64,000 nucleotides of DNA from Eledone cirrhosa (GCA_964016885.1 OZ024747.1:31310001-31374000); one strand, 5' to 3'; shown: positions 12,669 to 25,801, counted from the stretch's first letter. Notes: a model not told the origin generated them from the sequence alone. Translations and numbers: made by a program.

Positions 12669-13978
12669 ACAAAATTTATCTAATAAAGGAATATAATAAT
12701 GGTAGACACAATCCAAGGGGCTGAAAAGTAGAGAGAAATGTTTAAGACCCGAATGCGGCCAGAACCAGTAATTGCCAGTCTGGATGTCCACTTTCAAGTA
12801 CCGGTCTGGTCAGGGGGCTGTATGTTTATAGTGCATTCCACTACTACTGCACTGTCACGCTAGTAGTGAAGGAGGTCAGGTTACATAGAAGAAAAATTTT
12901 TCGTTGGCATTAGTCAAAAGTACTAAAAAATATAGTGGACAGATGTACAGTAGAAGATGGGAGAGTTGCATTACATTGAGTGCTTTTCCTAATATTACAT
13001 CACGGTTGACTATACAGAATGATCAGTTCTATCCAGTGGCGAACCAACAAACCTAAATGTATATATATATATGATTTATAACTCTATAAAGTTAACTGTC
13101 TCTAATACTTACACATTTCAATGAAAGGCCAAATCGGCTAAAAGAATGTCAGTTTTAACTTCTCTGGCCATGGTTTCTGGAATTTAAAATAAAACATCAG
13201 GAATTCCAAGACATTGGAATAACCAACATTGGAAGAATTTAAGTTCCTTCATCAGGATGTGAATTCTTCTTAAGAATAAGGGGACAAGCTGAAAATATAT
13301 CATACATACCATTTTGTTGCTAAACTGCTTGGTGAACAAGGTGTATCGTTGAATAACTGTATGAATACATTCCACCCAAACGGCCAAGTTGAATATATGT
13401 CACACATATCATGCCGTTAGTAGACTGCATGGTGAGACAACATGTTGCAACACTGAATTACTGTATGAATATTTCCTACTTGGTGTAATAGGACAATACG
13501 ACGGGCTTATATTGATGCTGGAAATAGTAGCCTCAACTGTGTAAATCAGCTCAACAATGATGGAGCAGTCAATGTGTGTGTATACAAAAATATATAATGG
13601 TAAAATATAGCATACACAATTTTGTTGCTTAAAGCTTAAATTTAACTACCAACTTGATACGCAGAGATAATTTTCTCCTAAATAACAAGTCTCATATTAT
13701 TATTTCTATCTATTTTTGCCAAATTCTTCCATTTATAAATACACATATTCAATGTAGTTGTATGCATACATGCATGAAAGAGAGACTGGGTATAAAAATA
13801 AAGAAAAGAAAATCGAAATCAATACAATTTAATAAGTTTCATGTTGCTTATTATGTTTCTAGAATTGGAATGTAAAATAATGGGATAATTTCAAACCACT
13901 AGATAGGTTTTTAGCTGTAATAATTGAGGAATGTAGATAAAATAAAGCTGATTCTAAACAAATTTAATTAAATACACA

Positions 13979-14026
<48 letters not shown>

Positions 14027-15564
14027 TATCTATATATGTATAATATATATATATACACAAACACACACTTATATATATATACATACATACATTCTATGAA
14101 TGTATGTATGTATGTTCATATATACAATAAGTTATATATATATATATATATATATATAGATATATAAAACATCATATAACAAAAAGAAAAAGGAAATCAT
14201 CAAATATTTTAATATTGAAACATCTGAAAGAAAGCTATATGAGTGAAAATAGAACATATAGGAAGAATATTCAATATAACTATTTATATATAATAGAAAG
14301 TGAATTATATAATTTCATAGTAATGCTTATAGCAGCAATGTTGGATGTCATGTAGCATACATAGTGTTCTGTAATTTCATAACAATGTTTATAGCAGCAA
14401 TGTTATATGTAGCATAGTATTGTGAACAATGTGGTAAGAAACTGACAAGAGAGCTGGACAGCAGAATGTCTTCAGAGAGGAAACATTCCTCCACCAACTG
14501 TTTCAGGCCTTAATTATTTACACTCTAAGGAGGGGGGTGGGTAGGGTGGGGCTGCATCAAGGTAATGCCTCCTGGGTGCTCTTCAAATGACATTTAGTCT
14601 AGTCATTTGGATATCGGAGACTTGTTTTGTATTTAAACTGTATGGAGTTTTGTTAAGCTGGAACTCCTCACCGTTCATAGTCCTGCTAATGATTTTGTCA
14701 ACATAAACACAAAAATATAGATGAGTTCAATTTAATTTCCTTTAGAAATAAATTATTTAATAATTTATAATATAACGTTAATATGTATATGTAGATATAG
14801 GTGTATGCCTATAAATATATGTCCCACATGCACATATACAAACACAAACACACTCACTCACACACATACATGCAATATGCTATGTTAACATGGAAGGAAG
14901 CAATTTCGTCTTAGCAAGTGTTCTTAAGATTAAATATCCTTTCTAACACACATACATGGGCCAATATGGCATTCTCTGTATAGTCCCTAATCCTGCTAAC
15001 CCAGTCCTCACAGTAGCTTGATTGGTGTTAGGAAAGGCCAAAGAAACTAAACTAAAATACAGATCTGTATGAGCAAGATGTGATTTCTGGACCTAATTTA
15101 TCTCATATGTGACAACCCTTCTAAACCATGCAAGCATGGAATATGTACACTAAATGATGATGATAACCCTTAAATCGTCACATGATCTGCCACAATGAGC
15201 AAACCCTTTCAAATCACTATAATCCGTTTAAAAACAAACACCAATTCCCGCCATTCTTTCACACAATTAAACACAAAATATGAGATTGACATAAAAAAAT
15301 CTTTTGTCGTATCTGCTTCACCAGGGTAAACTTGGGATTAACCAACAAAATGGACCATTCATGTATGTGATATAAGTGATGTCATTTGTTAGTGAGGTCA
15401 TCCAAGACAGCTATTTATGTACAATAGCTAAGAGTATAAAATGGCATCTTTAATAAATCTTGAATTCATGGTCCATTGGGTGTGAACTTACTATTGAGGT
15501 GTGTCTGTGTGTAGGTGTTTCTGCTTGTGTGAAGCAATAATGGTTTCTGATTTAGACATCATTA

Positions 15565-16015
15565 CAGTGTCAATAAAATAAAACACCAGTAATGCAACGG
15601 GGTCAATTTAATTGATTTCCCAACCCCCCAAAATTGTTGGCCTTGTGACTAAATCAGAAACATTCGGTGAATTGGCAGTATTGGTAGAGGGTCAGGCATG
15701 CTTTCCAGTGTAGTTACGTCCCTTTATGATCTGAGTTCAAATCGATCCCGTAAGGATGAAAGGCAAGGTTAACTTTGCCTTTCATCCTTACAGGATCGAT
15801 AAAATAAAGTACCAGTAATGTACTGGGTAATTGCTGGCCTTGTGCCAAAAGTAGAAACAATTATTATCATTATTATTAATGCTCAGGCATCAGATTGGTA
15901 GAACTGTTAAAGCATTGGACAAAATGCTGGGTTGCATTTAGTTCAAACCCTGCTTGGTTAACTTTGCCTTTCATCCTTCTGTGGTCAATGAAATAAAGTA
16001 CTAGTCATGTACTAA
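15565..16015 (+). mobile_element. Cluster of three SINE copies or fragments
   Basis: Repeated tggcag..ggtaga / gttcaaa / aactttgcctttcatcc motifs. The middle copy has an internal inversion at ~15742-15799. Confidence 0.7.
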
Positions 16016-16039
16016 TGTTGATATCATCAGCTTACTACT

Positions 16040-16225
16040 AGGCACATGGCCTAGTAGTAAGGGTGTTGGAATTATGATCATAATGTTGGGAGTTCGATTC
16101 CTGGACTGAGATGTGTTCTTGAAAAAAATACTTTGTTTCACATTGCTTCAGTATACTCAGCTGACAATGAGTACCAGTAATAGCTGAGGGCTTAAACCTG
16201 CAATGGACTGGTGTCCTATCCACAA
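16040..16225 (+). mobile_element. Second tRNA-derived SINE type (modular)
   Basis: A box TGGCCTAGTAGT, B box GTTCGATTCC, then tgtgttcttg..actt, actcagctg..aatgagtaccag, cctgcaatggactggtgtcctatcc. Confidence 0.6.
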
Positions 16226-17140
16226 GACTGGAATAATCACTAGTCTGACAAGACTCCTAGCTCGAGAAAGACTTCAATGTAGATGCCTAAATTAGAAATC
16301 ATTAATATGACCACTACTTTGATCATCACCATCATCATAACCACATGAGCCTGTTTGAATTCATTCAACCTGTTAGAGACAGTAGTCAAATCACCCTCAA
16401 ATTACACTTTAATATTTTAAAAAAGAAATGATACATTCATCAGTGTATTCCTAAATGTCTGTGAAAAAGAGATGGAATGGCTAGAACTGGAAATTACTTT
16501 GACCATCAATCCATTCAATTAGGGTTGGTCTGGGGCTAAACAAAAACTAAAACTCGTGCTTATGGTTTGAAATTGTTTTTTATCTTTTCAACTTCATCTT
16601 TACTTTCTGCCCTTGGACAAATCAGATATTCCTGACAGCTAAAAATGTTATTTTAATTTCTCCAACTTGCACTTTTTTTATATTCTAATTTTCAAGTGCT
16701 TGGTGATTTGCACTAACTTATTTAATATTGAAATTCAGAATCTTATTAAATTACTGAAACAAAGTGTATAGAATTGCAGATCAGTGTAATATAATTAACT
16801 CTTTGTAAAATGTGAGCATCTAAATTAATTTAACTTTATCCAAAGTGACATTCATTTTTAGAATAAAAGAATTGTGCTGTTTTCCTATAAATATAGAAAG
16901 AAAGGAATGGTTTTTTTCTTAATTATATTCCAAAATAAAAATGCGATTTAATGTAGTTTAAATAACTATTAGTGCCAGTACTATGTTATGCATTCTTTAG
17001 ATTCATATACTGACTGTTAGACTAAACACACATATATCAGTAACAACAGTGGCATACACAGATACTTAAGTTTTGTTTGGTTTAACAACTTATTTAGTCA
17101 GCCATATTGTGATATATATATTTATATATATATATATATA

Positions 17141-17193
<53 letters not shown>

Positions 17194-19519
17194 ATATTTG
17201 GGGAGGGTCATATTTGCGTAATATTGCCAGAATTAATAACAGAACACACTCACTGTTTGGTTGGTTTTCGCTTCTCGCTGTCTTTTATATATATATATCT
17301 GCGATCTAACTTACTCGGTCCTCAATGTTGCCATTGACTGACCGGCGGTCAAAAATAATACAGATACAATATAGACAAACACATATATATATAGTTTACA
17401 TAATTTACATAAATCTTTCGTTGCACATCTGCAACATCGTCAGTGGTGTTATATTCATTGTTCCTCCTGTTGTGTTGTATGTCTACGCCATTTTTTTTTT
17501 TTTTTTTTTTTTTTGTTAATATATATATATATACAAATATAAATTAGCAAGAATCGTATTTCGGCTATTGGAAATTAGCGAAAAACAACTTCCGAGATGT
17601 GTGGCAAGCGCTCAATAGATTCTAACGAACCAGAGCTACAACATACGTTAAAAGGCCAAACACACTGAGATGATGGTTAAACCATTATCCGCACAGCCAT
17701 AGAAATGACCAAGTAATTCAGGTCAACAAAAATATAAAAATATGATTGAAAAATGTGATTGAAAAATTTATAGTATATTGTAATATTAGGGTTTTCCAAT
17801 ATAGATTCTGGTAAAGATGAGAGAAGCTCGATGTTATCCAGTTCCCTTGATACAGCACAAATTCAAAATCGGCAGAGGATCTTGCAGCTGTTGGAGATTC
17901 TGTTGTAGACTGTTAGGCTACAGGCTGGAGAGCTCAAAATTGATTAACACAGAGAAGAACCAAGTTATTTAAGTATAACTTGGTTCTTCTCTCTATTAAT
18001 AAATAAATAATATATATATATATATATATATACACAGAAATATGTTTTAACTTATATATATATATATTTTGATTATATGTCGGTTGTTTATCGACACCTC
18101 AGTATACAGATTGGAGCACTCGACGAAATGCGCAGGTTGGTTTGGTTACTCCAGAGTAATGTAAAATAAAATAAATAAGTCCAATATTTAAAATTAGGCT
18201 TTGTTTATTAAAGGTGTACTGCTATATATATTTCAGTGGCAGCCATTTTTGGCTGTGACCTCTTCAGGCAGTCCTAATTGGTGTGGTAGAGACGGGTACA
18301 CGTTGTTGAGGTGTTTAACTCCGTCAATACTCCGATATGCCCAGTTCCTGGTTGGGTTGTTATTTCTCTGAGGAACTGGAATCATATGAATTCGAAGAAA
18401 CGAATTTCAGCGTCAAAGGACACTCTCACCTCCCATTGGTCAGTTGTGAGAACATTCCTCAGTCAAAATCCTATAGAAATTTTTTCTGAAGCAAGGCAAT
18501 CTGTTGTGGTTGTTTTTGTTAAGTAGAGCTGACCTCCTCCCTTATGTTGGTAGTGGTGTTGGTGTTGGGGTCAGCTTTAGTTCGGCTGCTGCTATTTTTA
18601 GAAGAATTTGTGTGTTGGCATCTATCCTGCCACCAATTCTTGTGGTGGTGGTGGGGGGGGGGTGCAAGCAGATGAAGAAATAAGATAAAGTAAAATGGAG
18701 AAATAAACGAATATAAGGCAATAAAATGAAGAAAATAAAAAAGTAAAAAAATAAAAAAATAAAATAAAATAAAGAAATAAAAAGGTAAAAAATAAAAAAA
18801 GAAATAAACAAAAAATAATAAGATAGTAAAAAGAATAAGATAATAAAAAAAAAAATAAATTAATAAAATAAAATGCGTGTGTGTTATAACCAATCTCAAA
18901 TTTGAAAGATTTGGAAGATATTGATCGAAGTAGAAAGGCTGTGTCAGAATCAAGAAGTGCAAAGGATCACAATCTTTACACTATCATGGTGTGGTGCGTT
19001 TTAAGAGCAAATGAGACAAGGGTGGAGTGTAAAACACCAGAACCCGAGTGTTAAAGTCCGGAAATGCAGAGGACTACAGTTCTTATTACGGCACAGAGCA
19101 CATATGCGTGTATGTCAACTCACATCGTTCCAAGCACACATGCACAGGCACAGGCCCTATGCACACACACACACACATTATAAACCCCCACACACACATC
19201 AACACACCCCCACATGCACATGCACACACACACACATGTAAGTATCTGTGCATGTCCAATCTTAAATAACAGTCTATGTATGGACATATGCATAAGTATG
19301 TGTTATCACAGGAGTCGAGCAAGGTAGGGGTATGGGTGATGACTGTGCAGGGGGGTGGTTTACTGTGGGCTCGGTGTGGTGGGGCTGCTGTCCTTAGCTT
19401 GAAGAAAGTCCCGGCACTGAGGTGTCTGCATGTCCTGGAGGAGTCCCTATAGCTTGAGGGAAGTTCCCATCCTAATGTGTTGTTAGTGTCCATGTAGCTT
19501 GAGGAAGGTCACGGCCCTG

Positions 19520-19895
19520 AGGTGTCTACATGTCCCGAAGAAGTCAGTCCTGAGGTTTATCAGGCTGCTTCCACCTCTGAGTATCTCTTAGTTTGCATAT
19601 GCCAGATCCCCTTTATCAGGTGGTACTTTCCTGATTATGGACCAGGCCAGAGAGTAGGGGTCCTGTCCATCTTGAGCTTCCAGATCAGTTCGGAAAGAGC
19701 CGTACTTTTCCTGTTGTCTTCCCTATTGAAGGAATGGCGATGGTTATACCATCGGTCTTTAAAGCTCGCTGATGTGGCTCCTATGTAAAGGTGTTCAGAG
19801 TTGGGGGTTTTTACTCTACATCCGTATATTAAGTTCTTCCTAAGGCATTCATTACTAATTCGGGGTTTCTGCAGTTGCAGGAGGTGGTCGACCTC
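19520..19895 (-). pseudogene. PLE CxC linker and GIY-YIG endonuclease, frameshifted
   Basis: SCNCRNPE / LIYGCRVKTPNSEHLYIGATSASFKDRWYNHRHSFNREDNRKSTALSELIWKLK / AWSIIRKVPP. Confidence 0.8.
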
Positions 19896-20221
19896 CGCGT
19901 GCCTAGTGTAGGGTTCCCATTAAGTGTTATATGGTGGTCTTCCTCCGGGCTCGGTGGGGGGTCCCTGGGTCTGTTTGGGTTTCCAGGGTGGGCACTGGGT
20001 CCACCCTTCTTTCTCTCCACATGGTTCTGATGGGTGCTTATATTGCCAGCTTCTGGTTGTGTGTGGTTTTTAAGTCTACCCCTATTGATGCTAGCTATGT
20101 GCTATTTCTCGTGGTAGAATACGAGAGCTTCACAGTGTGTCTGTTGAAGATCTTGTGGTCTCTATGGTCCTCAGGAAGCATTTATCTAGTGCTCTAAAGA
20201 ATGAGCGGGCCAAGCTGTTCT

Positions 20222-21610
20222 TTAGGGCCGCTGAGTAGGGTGGGTTGTACCATGTGATTTTTCTGCGTTTACTCCTATGTAGGTAGGTTGAGCGTTCCAT
20301 GGACTGTTGGGGAGTTGTTGGGTTGCTAGTGGTTCCTGCATTGCTGCTTCCCTATGGACGCTATGTGTTTTGCTACCTTCTCGGTCCAAATCTGTGGGGT
20401 TGTTGTTGCCCACGCTGGGAACTCTACGATCGGATGGTCCTCCATCACTCCCTCTACGTGTCTTGCGGTTGGGGGCGTTGGGCCTGGGGTGGTTAGTATC
20501 ACCCCTGAGACCACTACTCGTATTGGGTTTCCTCCCATAGTTATGCTTACGCGACCCCCTCGCCCATGTGGTGGTGTCGGGCTCATGGTGTTTATTTGTT
20601 TCCATTCTGCCTGTATTGTTTGGGTTCGCCCCCTCCAGGATACCGTGGGTGGGAGTGTCCGGTGGGCCATCTCCATCATGGCGCCTCAGATTATATGATA
20701 TATTTTGGCCATGCGCCGCCTTATTTAGAGCCGCGTTGTAATATTCTGCGTTGCTATCGAAGATTTCCTTATTTGCGGACAGGCTGGAGATCCTGTCCGA
20801 GACACTCTTCACTACGGCCTTAATTATGGATCTAGGGTGGTTTGACTTGGCGTTAACATATACAAGTTTCTCGTTGGGCTTGTGGTAGGGGTAGTATTGC
20901 TCGGTGTTCAGGTTTAGGGTGGTGTCTAGGAAATTAACTACCTTTCTATTTGGGTCTAGTTCGATACTGAGCCCCTGGTTCTTAAAGAAATGCCGAATAC
21001 GCCTCTTCATTCTCTCCACCATAGTGGTGCTGTGGTCATAGACTGTGAAGAGAGCATCGTCACGATACAATCCGCTGCAGAGGCAGGGTATTTCTTCTTT
21101 TATCTGCTTCAGCAGGAAGAGCCCAACCAGGTCCGTTACCTGTGCGGAGTCGCTGGAGCCCATCGTGATTTCAAAGTTATTTGGCCAATCACTCCTGGTT
21201 CAAAGGTCTCCACCGAGACGGATCAAGGTCTTTCGGGCGGCGTGGATGATGCCCACCTCCTCTCGGATTAGGTCCGCATTGGACATCGCTAAAAACAGGG
21301 CCTTATTGAGTACTATGGGCGAGATTGAGGAGTAGTAGCCTGCGATATCCAGTTAGATAAAGCTCGTCCTACTTTTCCCATGTAGTATCTTAAACCATTC
21401 TATTACCTCTCCCATGCATGACCATTGCTGTAATCTAGTTTTTTTCCGAAGCTTGGGCAAAACCCTATCTAGTATGCTTTACTGACGATCCCGAGGTCTG
21501 ATCTGGAGGGGCATATTAGTCTAACAAGGAGGTCGGACTCAAAGTTTGGCTTCTGATCTTTAAGGGTAATCCGCGGCTCCCTTGGTTGGTATGGGGCCGT
21601 CTTGTCCTCT
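20222..21610 (-). pseudogene. PLE reverse transcriptase, disrupted
   Basis: 313-aa ORF with the YRDD catalytic motif and thumb. Upstream frames continue RT-like sequence (PRITLKDQKPNFES..RLICPSRSDLG; LDIAGYYSSI). Confidence 0.88.
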
Positions 21611-21774
21611 ATGCCGAGTCCGGATATAAGCCTGTAAGCTGTGGCGTTGATCTCATCCAGGGTAAATTCATGATTCCAGTTCCTCAGAGAAATAACAACC
21701 CAACCAGGAACTGGGCATATCGGAGTATTGACACCTCAACAACATGTGTACCCGTCTCTACCACACCAATTCGG

Positions 21775-21829
21775 ACTGCCTGAAGAGGTCACAGCCAAAG
21801 ATGGCTGTCACCGAAATATATATAGCAGT
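21775..21829 (+). ncRNA. Type I hammerhead ribozyme (element-sense copy at 18218-18272, minus strand)
   Basis: ACTGC-CTGAAGA-GGTcACAGCCA-aaga-TGGCTGTcACC-GAAA-TATATA-TA-GCAGT. Confidence 0.85.
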
Positions 21830-21883
21830 ACACCTTTAATAAACGAAGCCAAATTTTAAATATTTGACTTATTTATTTTATTT

Positions 21884-21934
<51 letters not shown>

Positions 21935-21936
<2 letters not shown>

Positions 21937-22345
21937 ATAAGAGGAATTCCAACTTTGTCTGATTTACTCGTTTTATTTACAATCCTTTAAAATTTATAAT
22001 GGTATTATAATGAAATAATATGATAGAATATTAAATTCTAAGTGTTAATTGAACAAGTACTTTCATGCTTTCGCAATCTTCAGGTTCATAATATGTGGTG
22101 ACAGTCAAGTTTGCAATTTTCAACTGTTGAAAATTGCACATATTATGAACCTGAAGATTGCGAAAGCATGAAAGTACTTGTTCAATTAACACTTAGAATT
22201 TAATATTCTATCATACTATTTCATTATAATACCATTATAAATTTTAAAGGATTGTAAATAAAAAGAGTAAATCAGACAAAGTTGGAATTCCTCTTATTAA
22301 TATAATCTTCTATACACAATCATACACACCCGTGTATATTTATCT
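21935..22345. mobile_element. Fold-back PLE-type terminal element (arms ~21935-22097 and ~22138-22300)
   Basis: About 160-bp inverted repeat with an extra 13-bp-arm hairpin at the junction (22112-22138). Its 3' tail recurs at ~30385-30455. Confidence 0.75.
22146..22184 (+). ncRNA. Minimal type I hammerhead ribozyme
   Basis: TGAAC-CTGAAGA-tTGC-GAAA-GCAt-GAAA-GTAC-TT-GTTCA, with a palindromic stem III and a GNRA-capped stem II. Confidence 0.8.
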
Positions 22346-22346
22346 A

Positions 22347-22384
<38 letters not shown>

Positions 22385-22624
22385 CATGCATATATATATA
22401 TATATGTATACACACAGATAAATCTACCACTCACTGGTAGGGTCTAAACCGTATAAAAAACTCAATGTAATCCGTATGTAGATGTTATGAAGCAAAGTTT
22501 AAAATACAAAAATGTTATCAACGATATAATTCAATTGGATACAGAGTCAAAATAGAAATATTAAAACAATGAAATTAAACACAAAACTGTTAATTCATAG
22601 TAAAACTCATTATTTTACGATCGT

Positions 22625-22810
22625 AGGGCGGTGGATTGGCAGTATCGGTAGAGGGTCGGACGCCATGCTTTCAAGCATAGTTACGTCCCTTTACGATCTG
22701 AGTTCAAATCCCGCCGAGGTTGACTTTGCCTTTCATCCTTACGGGGTCGATAAAATAAAGTACCAGTAATGCACTGGATAATTGCTGGCCTTGTGCCTAA
22801 AGTAGAAACA
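22625..22810 (+). mobile_element. tRNA-derived SINE with a Meta-type central domain; full length with a 16-bp target site duplication
   Basis: A box TGGCAGTATCGG, B box GTTCAAATCC, core GCCTTTCATCCTTACGGGGTCGATAAAATAAAGTACCAG. TSD ATTATTTTACGATCGT at 22609-22624 and 22811-22826. Confidence 0.85.
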
Positions 22811-23165
22811 ATTATTTTACGATCGTTTCTGGGGGGGGGGGGGTCCCTGTATGTTCATTCAATTATTGATCTATGTAAAACATATTACAAAATATCATAG
22901 TAAGAAAAAGATACATACGTCTTCATTACCCGCGGTCTTCAGAAATAATGAGTTTTGTTTATTGAAGAATACAAAAAAACATACATATGAATAAGTAAGG
23001 TTTTATAACCAGGTTGAAATTGACCAATGTTAAGAATGGAAAGGGGCAGTATAAATCCGTAAAGTTGGTGGTAGTAGATGAATAAATAGGCCATCAGTGG
23101 ATAAGGTATCAAATGTCTTTTAAGAAAAGAAATGAAAGTTGCTAGTGTAAATGAATTTAGACATA

Positions 23166-24871
23166 TCTTTATATATATAAAAGCGAGGATGTGTGTGTGT
23201 CTGTGTACAACTTTGCATGCTTAACGCTTTCACAATTACCAACTGAATTTGATCAAATGTTCTGTGCACGTTGCACAGGTCTAAGATTGTCACACCACAA
23301 ACATTTTTCAAATCGACCCACGTTGAGCAATAAAATATCGATATCAAAATTATCGGTAGAAAAATTCTATAGGAAACTTTATTGACAATCCTTATAAAAA
23401 AGGGAGATAACCATTGCAAGACATACGGGATTGCAGTGATGGTATGGGGGTGTCACCCTTCTGCTATCAGGAGACTTCAGACAAACTCTTCCTTTAATAC
23501 CGAAAAGAACAAGAGCAGATGCGGTAATGCATGCCTTAAGTCTTCACCATTGTGGCGACAAGTGACATCATTAAAACTAACTACCAACATGCGTGCAAGG
23601 TTGCATCGGGACCCTCTGTCATCAACATTGTTTGGAGACATTCTTACAATAGGAGATGGTAACCTACCTCCGGATACAGATGGACACATAGCAATTGATC
23701 ACATCTGCAATGTAGTTGAAACTGTCGATGATCTCAAGGCAAGTGTATTCCCGAACTTGTGTGATAACTATACGAATCTTGATTGGCTATGCGAAAGAGC
23801 CATTCTTGCACCCAAAAATATCACGGTTAGCTGTATTAACGATCAGCTTCTTCCTGGATGTCCACGGATATATAAATCTATTGATACTGTATGTGATCCA
23901 CAGGATGCGGTCAATTATCCAGTTGAATTTCTAAATTCTTTAAATCCTCCTGGTTTACCTCTTAATATATTGGTTCTGAAAGAGGGAACACCAGTTATTT
24001 TGCTGAGAAATATCACTCTTCCAAAACTATGCAATGGTACACGCCTTGTGGTTAGAAAACTGTCTCCACTTAGTATTGACGCTACCATTCTATCCGGATG
24101 TGGAAAAGGCGAGGATGTGATAATAACAAAAATTAGCCTGACTACATCAGGCGTGGATATTCCCTTCTGCTTTCGCCGAACCCAATTTCCCCTTCGTGTT
24201 GCCTTTGCGATGTCCATAAACAAGTCGCAAGGTCAAACTCTGTCCGTCGCTGGAATTCACATGGATGAACCTTGCTTTTCGCAGGGACAATTCTACGTTG
24301 CCTGCTCACGAGTTGGCAGTCGAGATAATCTCTTTGCGTTTGTTCCGAAAAGAAGAACAAAGAATATCGTCTATCCTGAAGTGCTTTAGTGTTAACAAAA
24401 AAACTTATTACAGCTCCGCCTTGACTTCACCTTACTCATTACAAAACATACCAATGAATATGTCATGCAGGATATTTTGGATTATAAGTTAAAAATTTAA
24501 CCATACACAGCAAAGGATGCTCTCAAAGAATAGATTTTCTCTTATTCTACTCTCATTGTTTGTTTGTTTGTATACAACTCTGCTTTCATTACAACTTTTT
24601 GTACTTTAGCAAAACTGCCTGTTTTTTTTACAGATTTTCAACGTGTATTGTCTTTAATCATTTGTATAACTACATCCTGGTCAGTGTTTTCCTTCATTAT
24701 CAGCATAGTGTTATGTGTACAAAGATTGCACTAAATATTCGTTTGCATTAATTATTGAAGACTTCTGCTTATTTTGACAGGTTGGGGACAAATAATGTTC
24801 TTCTTTTACTTCCTAGCTGTATATTCTTAGCATAATTTCAAACCCCGAGCAACGCCGGGTAAATCTGTTAG
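23166..24871 (+). mobile_element. Internally deleted Helitron retaining the helicase C-terminus
   Basis: A|TCTTTATATATATAAAAG 5' end, CCCGAGCAACGCCGGG hairpin, TTAG|T 3' end (CTAG variant). Confidence 0.9.
23525..24389 (+). pseudogene. Helitron PIF1-like (SF1B) helicase, C-terminal part
   Basis: ACLKSSPLW..LTTNMR..IGDG..RAILAPKN..PVEFLNSL..LCNGTRL..RTQFPLRVAFAMSINKSQGQTL..FSQGQFYVACSRV..TKNIVYPEVL. The Rep domain and Walker A motif are absent. Confidence 0.92.
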
Positions 24872-24879
24872 TTGTATAT

Positions 24880-25599
24880 AAAAGTGTTGATGGTCAAAGA
24901 AGATTACGGTTGGAGGAAAAGGGGTACTGAGATTAGTGTGTTACATCAAGTAGAATGGAATAGAACAATCTTAAAAAAGTTAGTTATTTCTTTGTTGTGA
25001 GGAATAATTTGTTCTAAAAACATATAATATAAAAATATATACACATGTACACTCACACGTTTATATATAGGCATACATTTATGCATATACATACATATAC
25101 ACACACAGATATACATATTCACACACACACACATATACTCACACATTTATTTACCTATATCATTTTCTATATTTGTTTAGTTGTATTTATAATATTTGAA
25201 TGTCCTTCTAATTTTATGGTTACATACTAAAATTAATTCTTGTCTTTTATTTAATAGAGTGTCCTTTGATTTAGTAATTTCAAAAATTTCTTGGGAACAT
25301 AGTCCGCACTCCCTTCTATTGCCCTGATAAGAAATAGCTCCCTTAAGAATCTTCCAAGTTAGGTTATATTTAATATTCTTCTTTTTACAATTATTAACTG
25401 CTTCTGCTAAAGAAGTGGTATTAGCTAATTTTGTGTTTTGGAAACTGTGGGTGCGTGCATAAAATCTCGCACCCACAGTTTCCGAAACACAAAATTAGCT
25501 AATACCACTTCTTTAGCAGAAGCAGTTAATAATTGTAAAAATAATTTCAGAAATAGCCGTCGAAACGGCTTGAGCTCTGCCGTCGGGGTCATACTTTTT

Positions 25600-25602
<3 letters not shown>
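24880..25602 (-). mobile_element. PLE GIY-YIG remnant with a snap-back 5' junction and an appended half-HHR tail
   Basis: ORF 25177-25476 (HSFQN..TSLAEAV..YNLTWKIL..CGLCSQE..LLNKRQELILVCNH). Inverted repeat ~25382-25456 / 25469-25541. Confidence 0.75.
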
Positions 25603-25658
<56 letters not shown>

Positions 25659-25700
25659 AAAAGGAAATGAGTATGTCACTATTTATAAAACAAATTTTGT

Positions 25701-25761
25701 ATTTTATCTGATGAGGGCGTACCAAAGTATTTTGGTACCCTTGAAATATATATAATAAAAT
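25701..25761 (+). ncRNA. Type I hammerhead ribozyme
   Basis: ATTTTAT-CTGATGA-GGGcGTACCAAA..TTTGGTACCCtt-GAAA-TATATA-TA-ATAAAAT. Confidence 0.8.
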
Positions 25762-25801
25762 AAATATCGTTTTATAAATACAGTTTCCATTTATTAATAT
25801 C

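Larger units (their letters stand above)
18160..21885 (-). mobile_element. Long 5'-truncated Penelope-like element (RT + CxC + GIY-YIG, Hydra-clade-like) with inverted pseudo-LTR
   Basis: RT motifs MGSSDSAQV..GLYRDD..VNFLD..YHKP..SNHP; WYNPPYS; SCNCRNP; YIGATSASFKDRWYNH. 18160-18392 is inverted at ~21665-21885. Frameshifted. Confidence 0.92.

Noticed and set aside
13190-13265. CTGATGAAGGAA motif on the minus strand
   Set aside because: The GAAA half of the core is missing.
17940-18003. Hairpin as a pre-miRNA candidate
   Set aside because: It abuts (TA)n like the other snap-back element ends, and nothing supports miRNA processing.
22630-22715. tRNA gene
   Set aside because: The A and B boxes belong to a SINE head; there is no complete cloverleaf.
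23382-24389. Host PIF1 helicase gene
   Set aside because: Intronless partial domain enclosed by Helitron termini; the ORF's N-terminus is not helicase sequence.
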